Assembly: GCA_964430885.1 (NCBI GenBank)
Contig: CAYSHM010000002.1
Coordinates: 1-44,908 of the forward strand
Length of the DNA stretch: 44,908 bases
Reading direction: 5' to 3'
Origin: an uncultured archaeon
GTDB lineage: Archaea; Thermoplasmatota; Penumbrarchaeia; JASLWR01
Of the stretch, positions 28,243 to 37,103 are shown in pieces. Each line of letters starts with the position of its first letter. The stretch's first letter is position 1. The notes under the pieces were generated by a model, which made no database searches, was not told where the DNA came from, and saw only the letters and a program-made list of their open reading frames with translations. The position numbers were made by a program, and so were the translations under genes.

Positions 28243-31200
28243 ACCGTCTTCGTCCTTTCGCCCCTTCTTGCTGCCTCTCTGAGAGTAGAGGCTAGCTATA
28301 ACCGCTCCACCCAGAAGGGCTAATATCATTACCGCCATTGCAGGTGCGAATGACGGGACCTCTGAAGCGGGAGGTGCGGATACTGCGTGGAGTTCGGTTC
28401 TGGTCCAGTCGTCATCAGCATTCCATTGGAAGTCATACATGTCTCTTCCGCCGGGTATATCAACTAACTCAACCTGCATCCAATTTTTCGTGTCCACATT
28501 TTGTTCATCGAAATCCAGAGCCTGGACAATTGCTTCGTAGGGTATGGTGAAGGAATATACCTGTACTCCCTCGTTCTCCATGTTCAGGTCCACAAGTCTG
28601 AAGGTCGTGTTCGGGGCTCCGCTTGTGAAGATCAATCTTCCGTCATCTATGGGTTCTCCATTGGTGTCCACGGAATTGAATATGGTCACTCTAACCTGGA
28701 GCTCCAAGGTGGGGGAGAATGAATCTATAGGCGTCAGGTAGTGAACCGGAATGTTGAGCTCAAGGGGATGGTCCAGAAGTATCTCTGTTGGCTGGATCTC
28801 CTCTTCAATCAACCATACATTGAGTCTGTTATAGACTCTGATGGGTATGTTCAGTTCAACCTGAATTCCATAGAGATCAGCGGTTACCACGATGTCGCCA
28901 TCCATGTATGAATACTCATCTTCTTCGATATCGGTAGCTTCATCCAGATTGAAGTAGTCCCTAGCGAGGAAGGTTGTATCATCCATCTCTCCGATATTAT
29001 TGGTCACACCCCATTCGATGTCAGCCTGCTCAAGATCAGGTATCAGATTGCCGAAAGCATCGTAGCCCACAACCTGGAAATCCTTGAATCCGCTCACTGG
29101 AATGAGATATCTTCCATCCGATACAAATTGTGCATCAAGATCTGCAGGATTGGGTTGAGGTACCAGATAGTTTAGGTCACCGGGATGAACAACAAACGTA
29201 TGTGTCCCCATAACTGCATGGTTCTTGCTGGATTTCACAGTGATGGTGTAGGTGCCGGTCTTATTGAAGTAAATATTGTCTCCGCCATTGTAGACACCAT
29301 CAAACATCTCAAATCTGAGAATTCCGGTGGTTACTACCCAAGGTGAGGGTTCCAGGTCTCCGGTGGCATCACAATTGTGAGTGATAATTATTGATGTATC
29401 CTCAGTTATATTGTTATGTCCTCCGGCATCCACAGCCTGAACAGTCAGGTTGAATGATTTGCCTGCGTAGATTGTCGGTTCGATAGTGCTGACCAAGAGC
29501 CTGGCAACAGGTCCTGCCTGAACTGTGAGTTCCACGCTGGGATTTGTGAACAGATCATTGGGTCCGGGTATTCCAGTAGTGTTCTGGAAAGTGACCTGGG
29601 GGTACCAGGGAGGTCCCTGATCGTTCTGATAGAAATCACCTTCAGGGGTTATGAAGAAATCCCATTTTCCGTTCTCGCTCCCATCGAACAGATGGAAATC
29701 ATCGCCGAAAACTTCAAGTGCGTCATCCTCGTCAATGAGATAGATAGTCTCACCCATGAAATCCAATACAGTGTTGCCGTAGGCATCCTTTATCACTGCT
29801 GTTAGAAGGCCGTCCAGACTGTACTGGTAAACCGGTGCAGGTATTCCGATGATATGATCTGCGACATCCCAGGTCAAAGTGATAGGGAATGTATAGGTCA
29901 GACCGGGTATCGATGTGTGGGTAACAGTCAGGTCTGCAGTATCGCCTATCTCGCCTTCCAGCATCTTGATATAGACCTGATTAACATCCAGTCCAACGCC
30001 GGTATCGATGTTGTACCAGGCAGGATCAAATGAGAGTTCCCAATCGAATTCCTGTGCCGGCATCTCAACACCGAACTGATCGTAAACGGTTACGGTCATT
30101 AACGATCCGTCCTCACCGATGTCGTCACCGTTATTAGCGATAACTTTGCCCATGAGCTCAGCTGATTCAATGGCCCTGATGGTCATCTCCGGAGCGGGGA
30201 ACTGCCGGTCAATTACCAGATCATCGTCCCATTCAACGAAGCTGTAGTAGAATTCACCTATAGGTCCGTCAAAACCTTCCGTTGAAGAAGCTTCAAAACT
30301 GTAAACCAATACATCTGTGAGTTCACCAATGGTGAATGTATAGGTGCCGGTTACAGGGTCCCATACTGGCTCCATTGGGTCTCCGGGAGGTAATGGTGCA
30401 CCGTCCAGCATCCAATTGTTGGCGTCGAAACCATCTTCCTTGACAAATTTCATCTCCACATCATCGAAGGAATCGGGATAGCCCCGGGTTTCTCTGCTTC
30501 TTGTGGAGGTATCAGCGATCTCGATGTTATCTACGGCTAGAGACCATAACCATGTTTGGCCATTCGTAGCGTAGCAGAATTCTACGTAAACATTTCTCGG
30601 ATCTGAATAACCTGACGGATCGAAGGAATGGCTAGCACCGGGGACGCCTCCAAAGGGATCATCGGAAGTGCCATGCCAAAGTACTTCTTCCAGATTGGCT
30701 GCATCAGTACCTCCTGAATAGGTCCTGATATATGCGTCGTCATAGCCGGCAAAATTCTGGTATTGCCTGTCATATGTCAGGGTAACTTGATTTGCTCCAA
30801 GCATGTCTAGAGGCGGTGTGAAGAGACCGGTATCGAATAGCCAGCTGGCATGGGCATCACTGTCGGCTATAGCGAAGTAATTGCCTGAGCCGGGAGGTTC
30901 ATAGTAATGTCCTCCACCGTAGGTTCCCAGCTCCCATGTACCTGTCTGTCCTCTATCATCAACAGTCCAACCAGCAGGCGGGAATGCTCCTCCCTCGAAG
31001 TCCTCTGTGAAAGGAAGTGCATTACCCCCGGCACCTCCGACTACCTGGCCGGAAGGTCCGATAATAATGTCCACTCTGGTTGTTTCATTCAGCTCACCAG
31101 CTCCCTGATCCACTGCAGCTATGACCTCCTCATTGACCACGCCTATTCCTTCAACCTGGGGAACATCAAATAAGAACTGGGTTCCGGGATCTCCTCTAAG

Positions 31201-33033
31201 CAGGATCTCGTCCCAAAGAATACCGTCGGAATTGATGGCCTGATCACCTGTTTGTTGGAATTTGATGTAAAGATCCTCTCTCTCATCTATTGTATGGCCG
31301 TTTGCTTCCAGAAGTGCGCTGATGTTCAGCGGGTTGGCTCTGAGAGGAGTACCAGTGTGGTACCAATCGTTCACAATTGGGCTCCAGTCAGGTACGCTTG
31401 CGGGATACTGCCACAGCCTGTACCAGTTTATGTTATCGAGACTCACTGCAACACCGTCTCCGACCCTGTGTCCTTCAAATTCAGAAGGCATTGGGTCTTG
31501 GCTTCTGGTGTTGAAGGCCAAAGTAGCGAAGTTCAAGGTTACATCAACTGCATCTATAAGACCGATATGCATAACAAGCTCGTTCAGGGTTGAAATGCCT
31601 CCGTCAGTATCCTGCCTCCAGCAGAATGTACCATTATCATAATAACCGCCGAAAGGCTGTTCCTCGACATCAACCCGAAGGTTATTTGCATATTCTGGAT
31701 TCATGATGGCCTCGCCATTGGGGTCGCCGATACTGATTGCAGACCATGCGGCGCCGGGTTCATATCCCGGATCGTTGAAGTCATTGGTGAATGATTCCAG
31801 ATATTCGTTTTCGGTGACCGGGACACCTGCTGCATATAACTGGAAGGCCATATCATTTGCCTGTCCAAAAGCTACTGCAGACTGCTGCCAGTCGGGTATT
31901 CCCAAGAGGGGGAATTTGACCATGCACATGTCAAAGTTCATTGGATTCGCATGCATTCCTACACCGTATTGCGGTGGGAAGTTACCGACTCCCTGAATTG
32001 ATATCCAATATCGGGTATTCCTTTCCAGGGATACCTCGTCAGGCAGAACAGTGGAATACTGAAAATATCCTCCTGCTGGTGCAATAGCCAAATCCCCAGC
32101 GGGGATGTCTACATGTTCGATCTCCGCACCGGGCTGCCCGTTGCCGTCCTCGAAGAAGGTTATTCTGATATCGAAATTGGAGGGATTTCCATTCCAGTAT
32201 CCTCCTATCCAATGGACCTCGGCTATGTCGGTCTCGGCTCCGGTGATCTCGAAATCATCTGCCAGCCAGCTTTCAAAGGGATACATATTGTCTATCTGGG
32301 ATGAACCCAAATTATTATCATGGTTCATTCCATTGTCGAATATCAGGATAGGCTCAGGTTCTCCAGGTCCGGCTTCACCGGCTGCGGTGATAACAACATC
32401 ATCCACATGCCAGTACCAGTCCCATCCTCCATCGTCATAGTGAAACTCAACGATCACATCGGATTCACCGGCAAATGCATCCAGGGACAATGTGATTGGC
32501 ATGTAGGGTCCGACATCATATGTGTATAGCACAATCTGATTCCAGTTATTACCACCATCAGTGCTTACCCTGACCTCGGCATAATCAGCACTCCCTATAT
32601 CGTTATAGTAGGTGTTGAACTGCAGAGAAGCTGTGCCGTAAGTACTCAAGTCAAGACTGGGTGTTCTCAATCCGCTGTTGGTGTCGGGCCAGTAGTAATC
32701 GCTATCAATTGCTGCACAGTATCCAGTACCTGCTAAATTCCCCGCCCAAAAGAAATCGCTCCGGCGCCAGATATTTCCCGGATCACCATATGTTGCCACA
32801 TTCCAACCGGCTGGGGGAAATGCACCTTCGAAATCCTCGTCCAACAAGGTGTCATCCCTAGTTCCTTTATAATCCTGTTTTTCCTTGGAAAAACCTTTTA
32901 TTGCTATCTTCTTTTCTTTACTGAGAGAAAAGTTCTCCGATAGAACTGAAAAACCAGTGAAAATGAACGCTGCCATAACTAACAAGGCAAAGAAAATCTT
33001 CAATGATTGGTTCGATTTTTTTTCTTTTTTCAT
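27757..33033 (-). CDS. Giant cell-surface protein: signal peptide, adhesin/MAM-like and Ig-like domains, PGF-CTERM-like anchor, fused C-terminal archaeal type IV pilin
   Basis: Uninterrupted 1758-aa ORF with GGAGGAGTGA RBS; two EDFEG-AFPPAGW domains; VPSF-TM-basic tail; then DEDG|VSPVIAIILMVAITIVLAGVLW and a D-x-D-x-DG-x-LS-x-GD pilin-type globular domain. Confidence 0.88.
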   Translation of the reverse strand: MKKEKKSNQSLKIFFALLVMAAFIFTGFSVLSENFSLSKEKKIAIKGFSKEKQDYKGTRDDTLLDEDFEGAFPPAGWNVATYGDPGNIWRRSDFFWAGNLAGTGYCAAIDSDYYWPDTNSGLRTPSLDLSTYGTASLQFNTYYNDIGSADYAEVRVSTDGGNNWNQIVLYTYDVGPYMPITLSLDAFAGESDVIVEFHYDDGGWDWYWHVDDVVITAAGEAGPGEPEPILIFDNGMNHDNNLGSSQIDNMYPFESWLADDFEITGAETDIAEVHWIGGYWNGNPSNFDIRITFFEDGNGQPGAEIEHVDIPAGDLAIAPAGGYFQYSTVLPDEVSLERNTRYWISIQGVGNFPPQYGVGMHANPMNFDMCMVKFPLLGIPDWQQSAVAFGQANDMAFQLYAAGVPVTENEYLESFTNDFNDPGYEPGAAWSAISIGDPNGEAIMNPEYANNLRVDVEEQPFGGYYDNGTFCWRQDTDGGISTLNELVMHIGLIDAVDVTLNFATLAFNTRSQDPMPSEFEGHRVGDGVAVSLDNINWYRLWQYPASVPDWSPIVNDWYHTGTPLRANPLNISALLEANGHTIDEREDLYIKFQQTGDQAINSDGILWDEILLRGDPGTQFLFDVPQVEGIGVVNEEVIAAVDQGAGELNETTRVDIIIGPSGQVVGGAGGNALPFTEDFEGGAFPPAGWTVDDRGQTGTWELGTYGGGHYYEPPGSGNYFAIADSDAHASWLFDTGLFTPPLDMLGANQVTLTYDRQYQNFAGYDDAYIRTYSGGTDAANLEEVLWHGTSDDPFGGVPGASHSFDPSGYSDPRNVYVEFCYATNGQTWLWSLAVDNIEIADTSTRSRETRGYPDSFDDVEMKFVKEDGFDANNWMLDGAPLPPGDPMEPVWDPVTGTYTFTIGELTDVLVYSFEASSTEGFDGPIGEFYYSFVEWDDDLVIDRQFPAPEMTIRAIESAELMGKVIANNGDDIGEDGSLMTVTVYDQFGVEMPAQEFDWELSFDPAWYNIDTGVGLDVNQVYIKMLEGEIGDTADLTVTHTSIPGLTYTFPITLTWDVADHIIGIPAPVYQYSLDGLLTAVIKDAYGNTVLDFMGETIYLIDEDDALEVFGDDFHLFDGSENGKWDFFITPEGDFYQNDQGPPWYPQVTFQNTTGIPGPNDLFTNPSVELTVQAGPVARLLVSTIEPTIYAGKSFNLTVQAVDAGGHNNITEDTSIIITHNCDATGDLEPSPWVVTTGILRFEMFDGVYNGGDNIYFNKTGTYTITVKSSKNHAVMGTHTFVVHPGDLNYLVPQPNPADLDAQFVSDGRYLIPVSGFKDFQVVGYDAFGNLIPDLEQADIEWGVTNNIGEMDDTTFLARDYFNLDEATDIEEDEYSYMDGDIVVTADLYGIQVELNIPIRVYNRLNVWLIEEEIQPTEILLDHPLELNIPVHYLTPIDSFSPTLELQVRVTIFNSVDTNGEPIDDGRLIFTSGAPNTTFRLVDLNMENEGVQVYSFTIPYEAIVQALDFDEQNVDTKNWMQVELVDIPGGRDMYDFQWNADDDWTRTELHAVSAPPASEVPSFAPAMAVMILALLGGAVIASLYSQRGSKKGRKDEDGVSPVIAIILMVAITIVLAGVLWLWVSGLVDTQKSNDIEYVDTAWESPTLQNDYQLIIENVKDKEFSVEDLEFSLMDGNKVDKSMGQHKVTAIYGKSIDNETIVSFHDGDHDGYLSTGDRFIIKSEDHENYDGTPDPGEARAGYYFALKTKDNELFEVQIEQ

Positions 33034-33067
33034 GTTGTATCACTCCTCCATATTATATAATCGAGTC

Positions 33068-33174
33068 AATTCTAAAAACATTTTAGAATTAGCTTAATAC
33101 TAAACAATCACTTGTATAAAAGATTTTGCAAAATCATTTTTTTTGCTAGAAATTTCAACAATCCGAAATTTCAA
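33068..33174 (-). promoter_or_regulatory. Promoter and palindromic elements upstream of the 1758-aa gene
   Basis: Minus-strand TTTTATAC TATA box (33121-33114), perfect palindrome GATTTTGCAAAATC (33122-33135), 10-bp-arm inverted repeat (33068-33090), and two GAAATTTCAA copies (33149, 33165). Confidence 0.5.
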
Positions 33175-33297
33175 GGTGCGGCATCTCGGGAAAAATAATT
33201 TACTATTTATGCCTATTTAGGTGAAATTATAGGTGTGAATAGTATAATTTATTAATTTATTGGCCAATCGATGGGGGCGTCAGTTATTATGTTTTTT

Positions 33298-33333
33298 AAA
33301 AAAAAAGCCCCTCGGCCTTTACGGCCAAGAGGC
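33298..33333 (-). terminator. Hairpin plus U-tract terminator of the 937-aa gene
   Basis: Minus strand GCCTCTTGGCC-GTAAA-GGCCGAGGGGC followed by T9. Confidence 0.8.
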
Positions 33334-33391
33334 GAAATTAATTGTCCCAGGAATCTGACAACAACCCTGTTTTATGACAGGCTTTCATCGA

Positions 33392-36205
33392 TCAGAATTC
33401 GATTCTAATAAAATTATGATCATCCCAAACCCCATCATCGTCCTCATCCCTCATCTCGGTATAGATAAGAAGGACATTTTCTATCTGCCAATCCACATTT
33501 GTCCCGTTCACCGTGCCGTTGAACCCTTCATTTCCAAGCATTATGCTCTTCATGAACTCGAAATGCCCGTTGGAGTTATTATCGAATGCCCTAACGTGAT
33601 GGAAGACGTTCCTTCCATAGATCACGGTGCCGTTATTATCATACATTCTTTGAGATGCCATGAGACTGAAGTTCAGAGTTTCCGGGTTCCCATCGTTGTC
33701 ATTATCGTAGGTCTGGTTGAAGAGAATAAAGAAACTCTCCTGATTGATATTGCCGTCATCATCGGGATCTGAGGCATTATAACCGGCTAGGAATTGATCC
33801 ACGGATTCATAGTGTCCGTCAGTGTTATTGTCCCATTTCTGCTCTGCTCCAAATATCGCATGTTTATATTCGATATTGCCGTCACCGTCAGAGTCTAGTG
33901 TATGCAGGACTCGAGCTAAACTCCCTTCATGATCCACATTTCCCTCGTCGTTCATATCTTCTCTCTCAACATAATATTGTACCACGAAAAGTTCATTCAG
34001 AACCCCGTCGGAATCCGGATCGGTTACCTTCAGACCGGCAATATACTGTTTTGTCAGCTCAAAGTGTCCATTGGAATTATTATCATAATTGGCAGCCGCA
34101 TAATGGAGTGCAGTCTGTTCTTCAGGGTTGGAATCCTCGTCCTCATCCTTCCAAAGAAATACAAGACCTATCGATGCATTAGCGTCCATATCTCCGTCAT
34201 CATTCCTATCCCACTCCTGCATGAAGGTCCATACAGCATCCTTTTCTTCAGGGATGTTATCAGAATCAGCATCCATGATCCTCAGTCCCGCTATATGGGA
34301 TTTACAATCCTCATAAATGCCGTTGGAGTTGTTATCGAAATTCTGATGGGATATCATCAAAAGGGTTATATTTTCCATTACGGAGTCCTCGTTTTGGTCT
34401 TCCATACCCCATATCCAGACAATACTATTATTGATATCATCAGATCCGTCATCATTTGTGTCCTTGAGCTCCTTGCCTGCCCACACCATGAGCCAGCTCT
34501 CCTTCTGACCATTGCTGTTTTCATCGATTCCCTCGAAACCGCCAGCAAATTCTCTGCCAAGTTCATAATGTCCATTGGAATTATTGTCATAGTACTGGGT
34601 GACATATATTACAGCTCGATGGATCTCAAATATATTATCGTCGTCAATATCAACTGTATGATTGTAGAACACTCCCAGATGTTTGTAGTGATCAGTGATG
34701 TTTCCATCTATCTTTGCTTCATCTCCAAGAGCAACCGCGGTTTTCACGTCCTCGAAATGGCCGTCGGAATTATTATCCCACTTCTCACGAACCGCATTGA
34801 AACCCTTGGAATGCTCCACAATTCCGTTGGAGTTGTTGTCCCATAACTGGGCAATGCTAATAGCTGATATGATATGGTCCGTGACGTTATCACCATTCCT
34901 GTCCTCCCTGAACTGGACCATCTTCCATATGACCAGAGCTTCCGGCCTCCCGTCACCATCATTGTCTGTGGAGTTGGATCCGTTGATGAAATCGTATTCA
35001 AAGGCTTCCTGAATATAACTGCCAACATCTCCGACTTCACCCTGAAATGCTCCCATCTCATTCGGTTGGATCACATCAGTATCATAAATCATAATGTCAG
35101 TCGTACCATTGTCCAGGATCTCATTTTTATTCAGGAAATCGGTCATATGGGTCAGATTATGTTCTGTGTCCCTTCCGCTTCTGCCTGAAGAGCGTGTCTG
35201 CATTGCAAGATAGGGTTCCGGTTCTATGGGTTCATAGTCTGATATCTCAGGACTGTAAGCAGGTTCGTTGTATATCACTGGAAGATACTCATCGGTATCT
35301 ACCTCTTTCTGGGTTTCCTCCTCGATCATTGAGTAATATTCAGGTTCCCCGTCGGAATCCGGGTCAAATCTGGTTTCAAGGTCCACTGGCTTTTCCTTTG
35401 TTTCTTCCAGTTCCTGATAACCATCCAAGTCCTTGTAATAGTCCAACTTCTCTTTTTCTTCTTCTTCTTCCCCCTCGTCATTTGGATCGACTTCAGGGAT
35501 GAATACCGAAAGGGATAAACCGTTCAGTTCAATTGACGGAATTAGGGAATGTTCTTCAGCATTATAGGTCAGATTGAATTCCACAGTACTGTCGACATAT
35601 CCTGTCAGATTGACCCTGATACTATACATACCGTCCTGGGGCGGTGTTTGGAATGAGAATACCGCTTTGCCAAGAGCATCAGTCAGGGCGGCCTTTACAA
35701 AAACATCTTCATTATACAATTCCACCTTTGCGCCCTCAAGTGCATCAGCTGGGCCAGTCACAGCTCCTATCATGAGTTCTACAGGAGGTAGGGGTTCTTT
35801 TATCAGAGTGATTTTACCCGAAGAGCTGAATTCCTCAGCAATTATTCGGTCATCCTGAATAGAAAGGTTGAGGCTCAAGGTACTATCAATATATTTTTCC
35901 AGCTTGACCATGAGTACATATGATTCCTCAAGAATTTCACCTTCGAATTGGAATTCTGCCATTCCAGTTTCATTTGTTTTCCCCGTCTTGATGTTGCCGT
36001 CCTTCATATCCAGAGAGAGTTCCACGCCCTCAAGGGGACTGCCATTCACATCAGTAACAGGCCCGATCTGGAAAAGGTAGGGTCCCGTTTCATCCTTGTT
36101 TTCATTCTTTTTTTCCTTGCCCATCAGCGCAATGCCAATGGCAGCAAGGATCAACACTCCCACAACCGCAAGGGGCAGGATTATTTTGATATCTTTACCA
36201 TTCAT
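33392..36205 (-). CDS. Membrane-anchored extracellular protein: two carboxypeptidase-regulatory-like beta domains, acidic linker, about 25 Dx[DN]xDG 21-aa repeats
   Basis: N-terminal TM; two G-x-V-T....LEG-x-x-V/L....T-D/N-x-x-G-x-A-x-F domains; regular 21-aa repeats running to the C-terminus; GAGGTGA RBS. Confidence 0.85.
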   Translation of the reverse strand: MNGKDIKIILPLAVVGVLILAAIGIALMGKEKKNENKDETGPYLFQIGPVTDVNGSPLEGVELSLDMKDGNIKTGKTNETGMAEFQFEGEILEESYVLMVKLEKYIDSTLSLNLSIQDDRIIAEEFSSSGKITLIKEPLPPVELMIGAVTGPADALEGAKVELYNEDVFVKAALTDALGKAVFSFQTPPQDGMYSIRVNLTGYVDSTVEFNLTYNAEEHSLIPSIELNGLSLSVFIPEVDPNDEGEEEEEKEKLDYYKDLDGYQELEETKEKPVDLETRFDPDSDGEPEYYSMIEEETQKEVDTDEYLPVIYNEPAYSPEISDYEPIEPEPYLAMQTRSSGRSGRDTEHNLTHMTDFLNKNEILDNGTTDIMIYDTDVIQPNEMGAFQGEVGDVGSYIQEAFEYDFINGSNSTDNDGDGRPEALVIWKMVQFREDRNGDNVTDHIISAISIAQLWDNNSNGIVEHSKGFNAVREKWDNNSDGHFEDVKTAVALGDEAKIDGNITDHYKHLGVFYNHTVDIDDDNIFEIHRAVIYVTQYYDNNSNGHYELGREFAGGFEGIDENSNGQKESWLMVWAGKELKDTNDDGSDDINNSIVWIWGMEDQNEDSVMENITLLMISHQNFDNNSNGIYEDCKSHIAGLRIMDADSDNIPEEKDAVWTFMQEWDRNDDGDMDANASIGLVFLWKDEDEDSNPEEQTALHYAAANYDNNSNGHFELTKQYIAGLKVTDPDSDGVLNELFVVQYYVEREDMNDEGNVDHEGSLARVLHTLDSDGDGNIEYKHAIFGAEQKWDNNTDGHYESVDQFLAGYNASDPDDDGNINQESFFILFNQTYDNDNDGNPETLNFSLMASQRMYDNNGTVIYGRNVFHHVRAFDNNSNGHFEFMKSIMLGNEGFNGTVNGTNVDWQIENVLLIYTEMRDEDDDGVWDDHNFIRIEF
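33395..34966 (-). repeat. Protein-level tandem repeat: about 25 x 21 aa (63 nt) with a 4-unit (84 aa) super-period
   Basis: Units such as DNDGDGRPEALVIWKMVQFRE / DRNGDNVTDHIISAISIAQLW / DNNSNGIVEHSKGFNAVREKW; DNN[ST][ND]G recurs at units 3, 7, 11, 15, 19 and 23. Confidence 0.9.
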
Positions 36206-36322
36206 CTTCCATCACCTCTACCAATATCTAATGCATATAGACAATATATAGCTAAAAGAAGGATATTGCAGTAACTTTCTTTCATATCCATTTATATAGG
36301 ATGATAAATCATTCTTAATTAC

Positions 36323-37102
36323 ATGGCCGAAGAACGGATCCCTGCAGAGAACCCAACTCAGGCCCTATTTGATCTAGCCGGCGAGATGGCGGATAATTAT
36401 CACAAGATCAGATATATCAAAATATATGCCTATCTCTTTCTGGGTTTCACCTTATTGGGTTTATTTCTGCTCATAATAGCCGTGACCGCCGAAGGGAATT
36501 ATGCTCTGGCTCTAATATTTGCAGCACTGCTGGTGTCTGGTGCGGTCCTTTTAAGACTTCTAATATTCACAAAGAATTTTCTGGATCATTTTGACAAGAA
36601 CTTCAGGGCAATCCGCAAGGTATATGATACCGACCCCATGCCTCAAATACCCAAAGGCCGCAATCTGATAGATCGAATAGGGAGCTATTTGAGGGATGCT
36701 GACCCAGAAACATCCTATGTGGTAAAAAAAGAGGGACGTTTGCTCAAGGATTTCAATAGCGGGAATGTAACTTGGCCTCTGGCGGTAAGGAGGATTAAAA
36801 AATTTTTTGGGCGGGATAGCTATCTGCTTCTTGTCGACAGAAAGTCTGAGGTACCATCAATGAAGGATTTAGTAGTCCTTGAAAAGAAAATTGAAGAGAC
36901 TGTCAAGAAGGGAGCGGTCCCTGATAGAATAATCTGTGTTTGCAAATCCGGAAGAGATTATGATGGAATAACTGATGACCTTTATGTATATCTGACCGAG
37001 AAGGAGCATCGAATATCGGTCTCTGGCAAGAGCAAGAGAATAAAAATGCAGTTATTTCTGGAAGTTGGAGATAGGTACGAGATAATTCCGCTTCTTCCAT
37101 AG
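36323..37102 (+). CDS. Hypothetical membrane protein (2 TM helices plus cytoplasmic alpha/beta domain)
   Basis: 259-aa ORF with a TM hairpin. TTTATATA at 36291-36298, about 25 nt upstream, suggests a leaderless transcript. Confidence 0.75.
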   Translation: MAEERIPAENPTQALFDLAGEMADNYHKIRYIKIYAYLFLGFTLLGLFLLIIAVTAEGNYALALIFAALLVSGAVLLRLLIFTKNFLDHFDKNFRAIRKVYDTDPMPQIPKGRNLIDRIGSYLRDADPETSYVVKKEGRLLKDFNSGNVTWPLAVRRIKKFFGRDSYLLLVDRKSEVPSMKDLVVLEKKIEETVKKGAVPDRIICVCKSGRDYDGITDDLYVYLTEKEHRISVSGKSKRIKMQLFLEVGDRYEIIPLLP

Positions 37103-37103
37103 T

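Noticed and set aside
33392-33412. C-terminal Phe strand (FIRIEF) suggesting an outer-membrane beta-barrel signal
   Set aside because: The host appears to be a monoderm archaeon, the strands lack consistent lipid-facing alternation, and acidic loops occur at every turn; a soluble beta structure is more plausible.
33929-34846. 305-aa plus-strand ORF
   Set aside because: Antisense shadow of the Asp/Asn-rich repeat gene; its Ile/Val-rich composition follows from the reverse complement of GAT/GAC/AAT codons.
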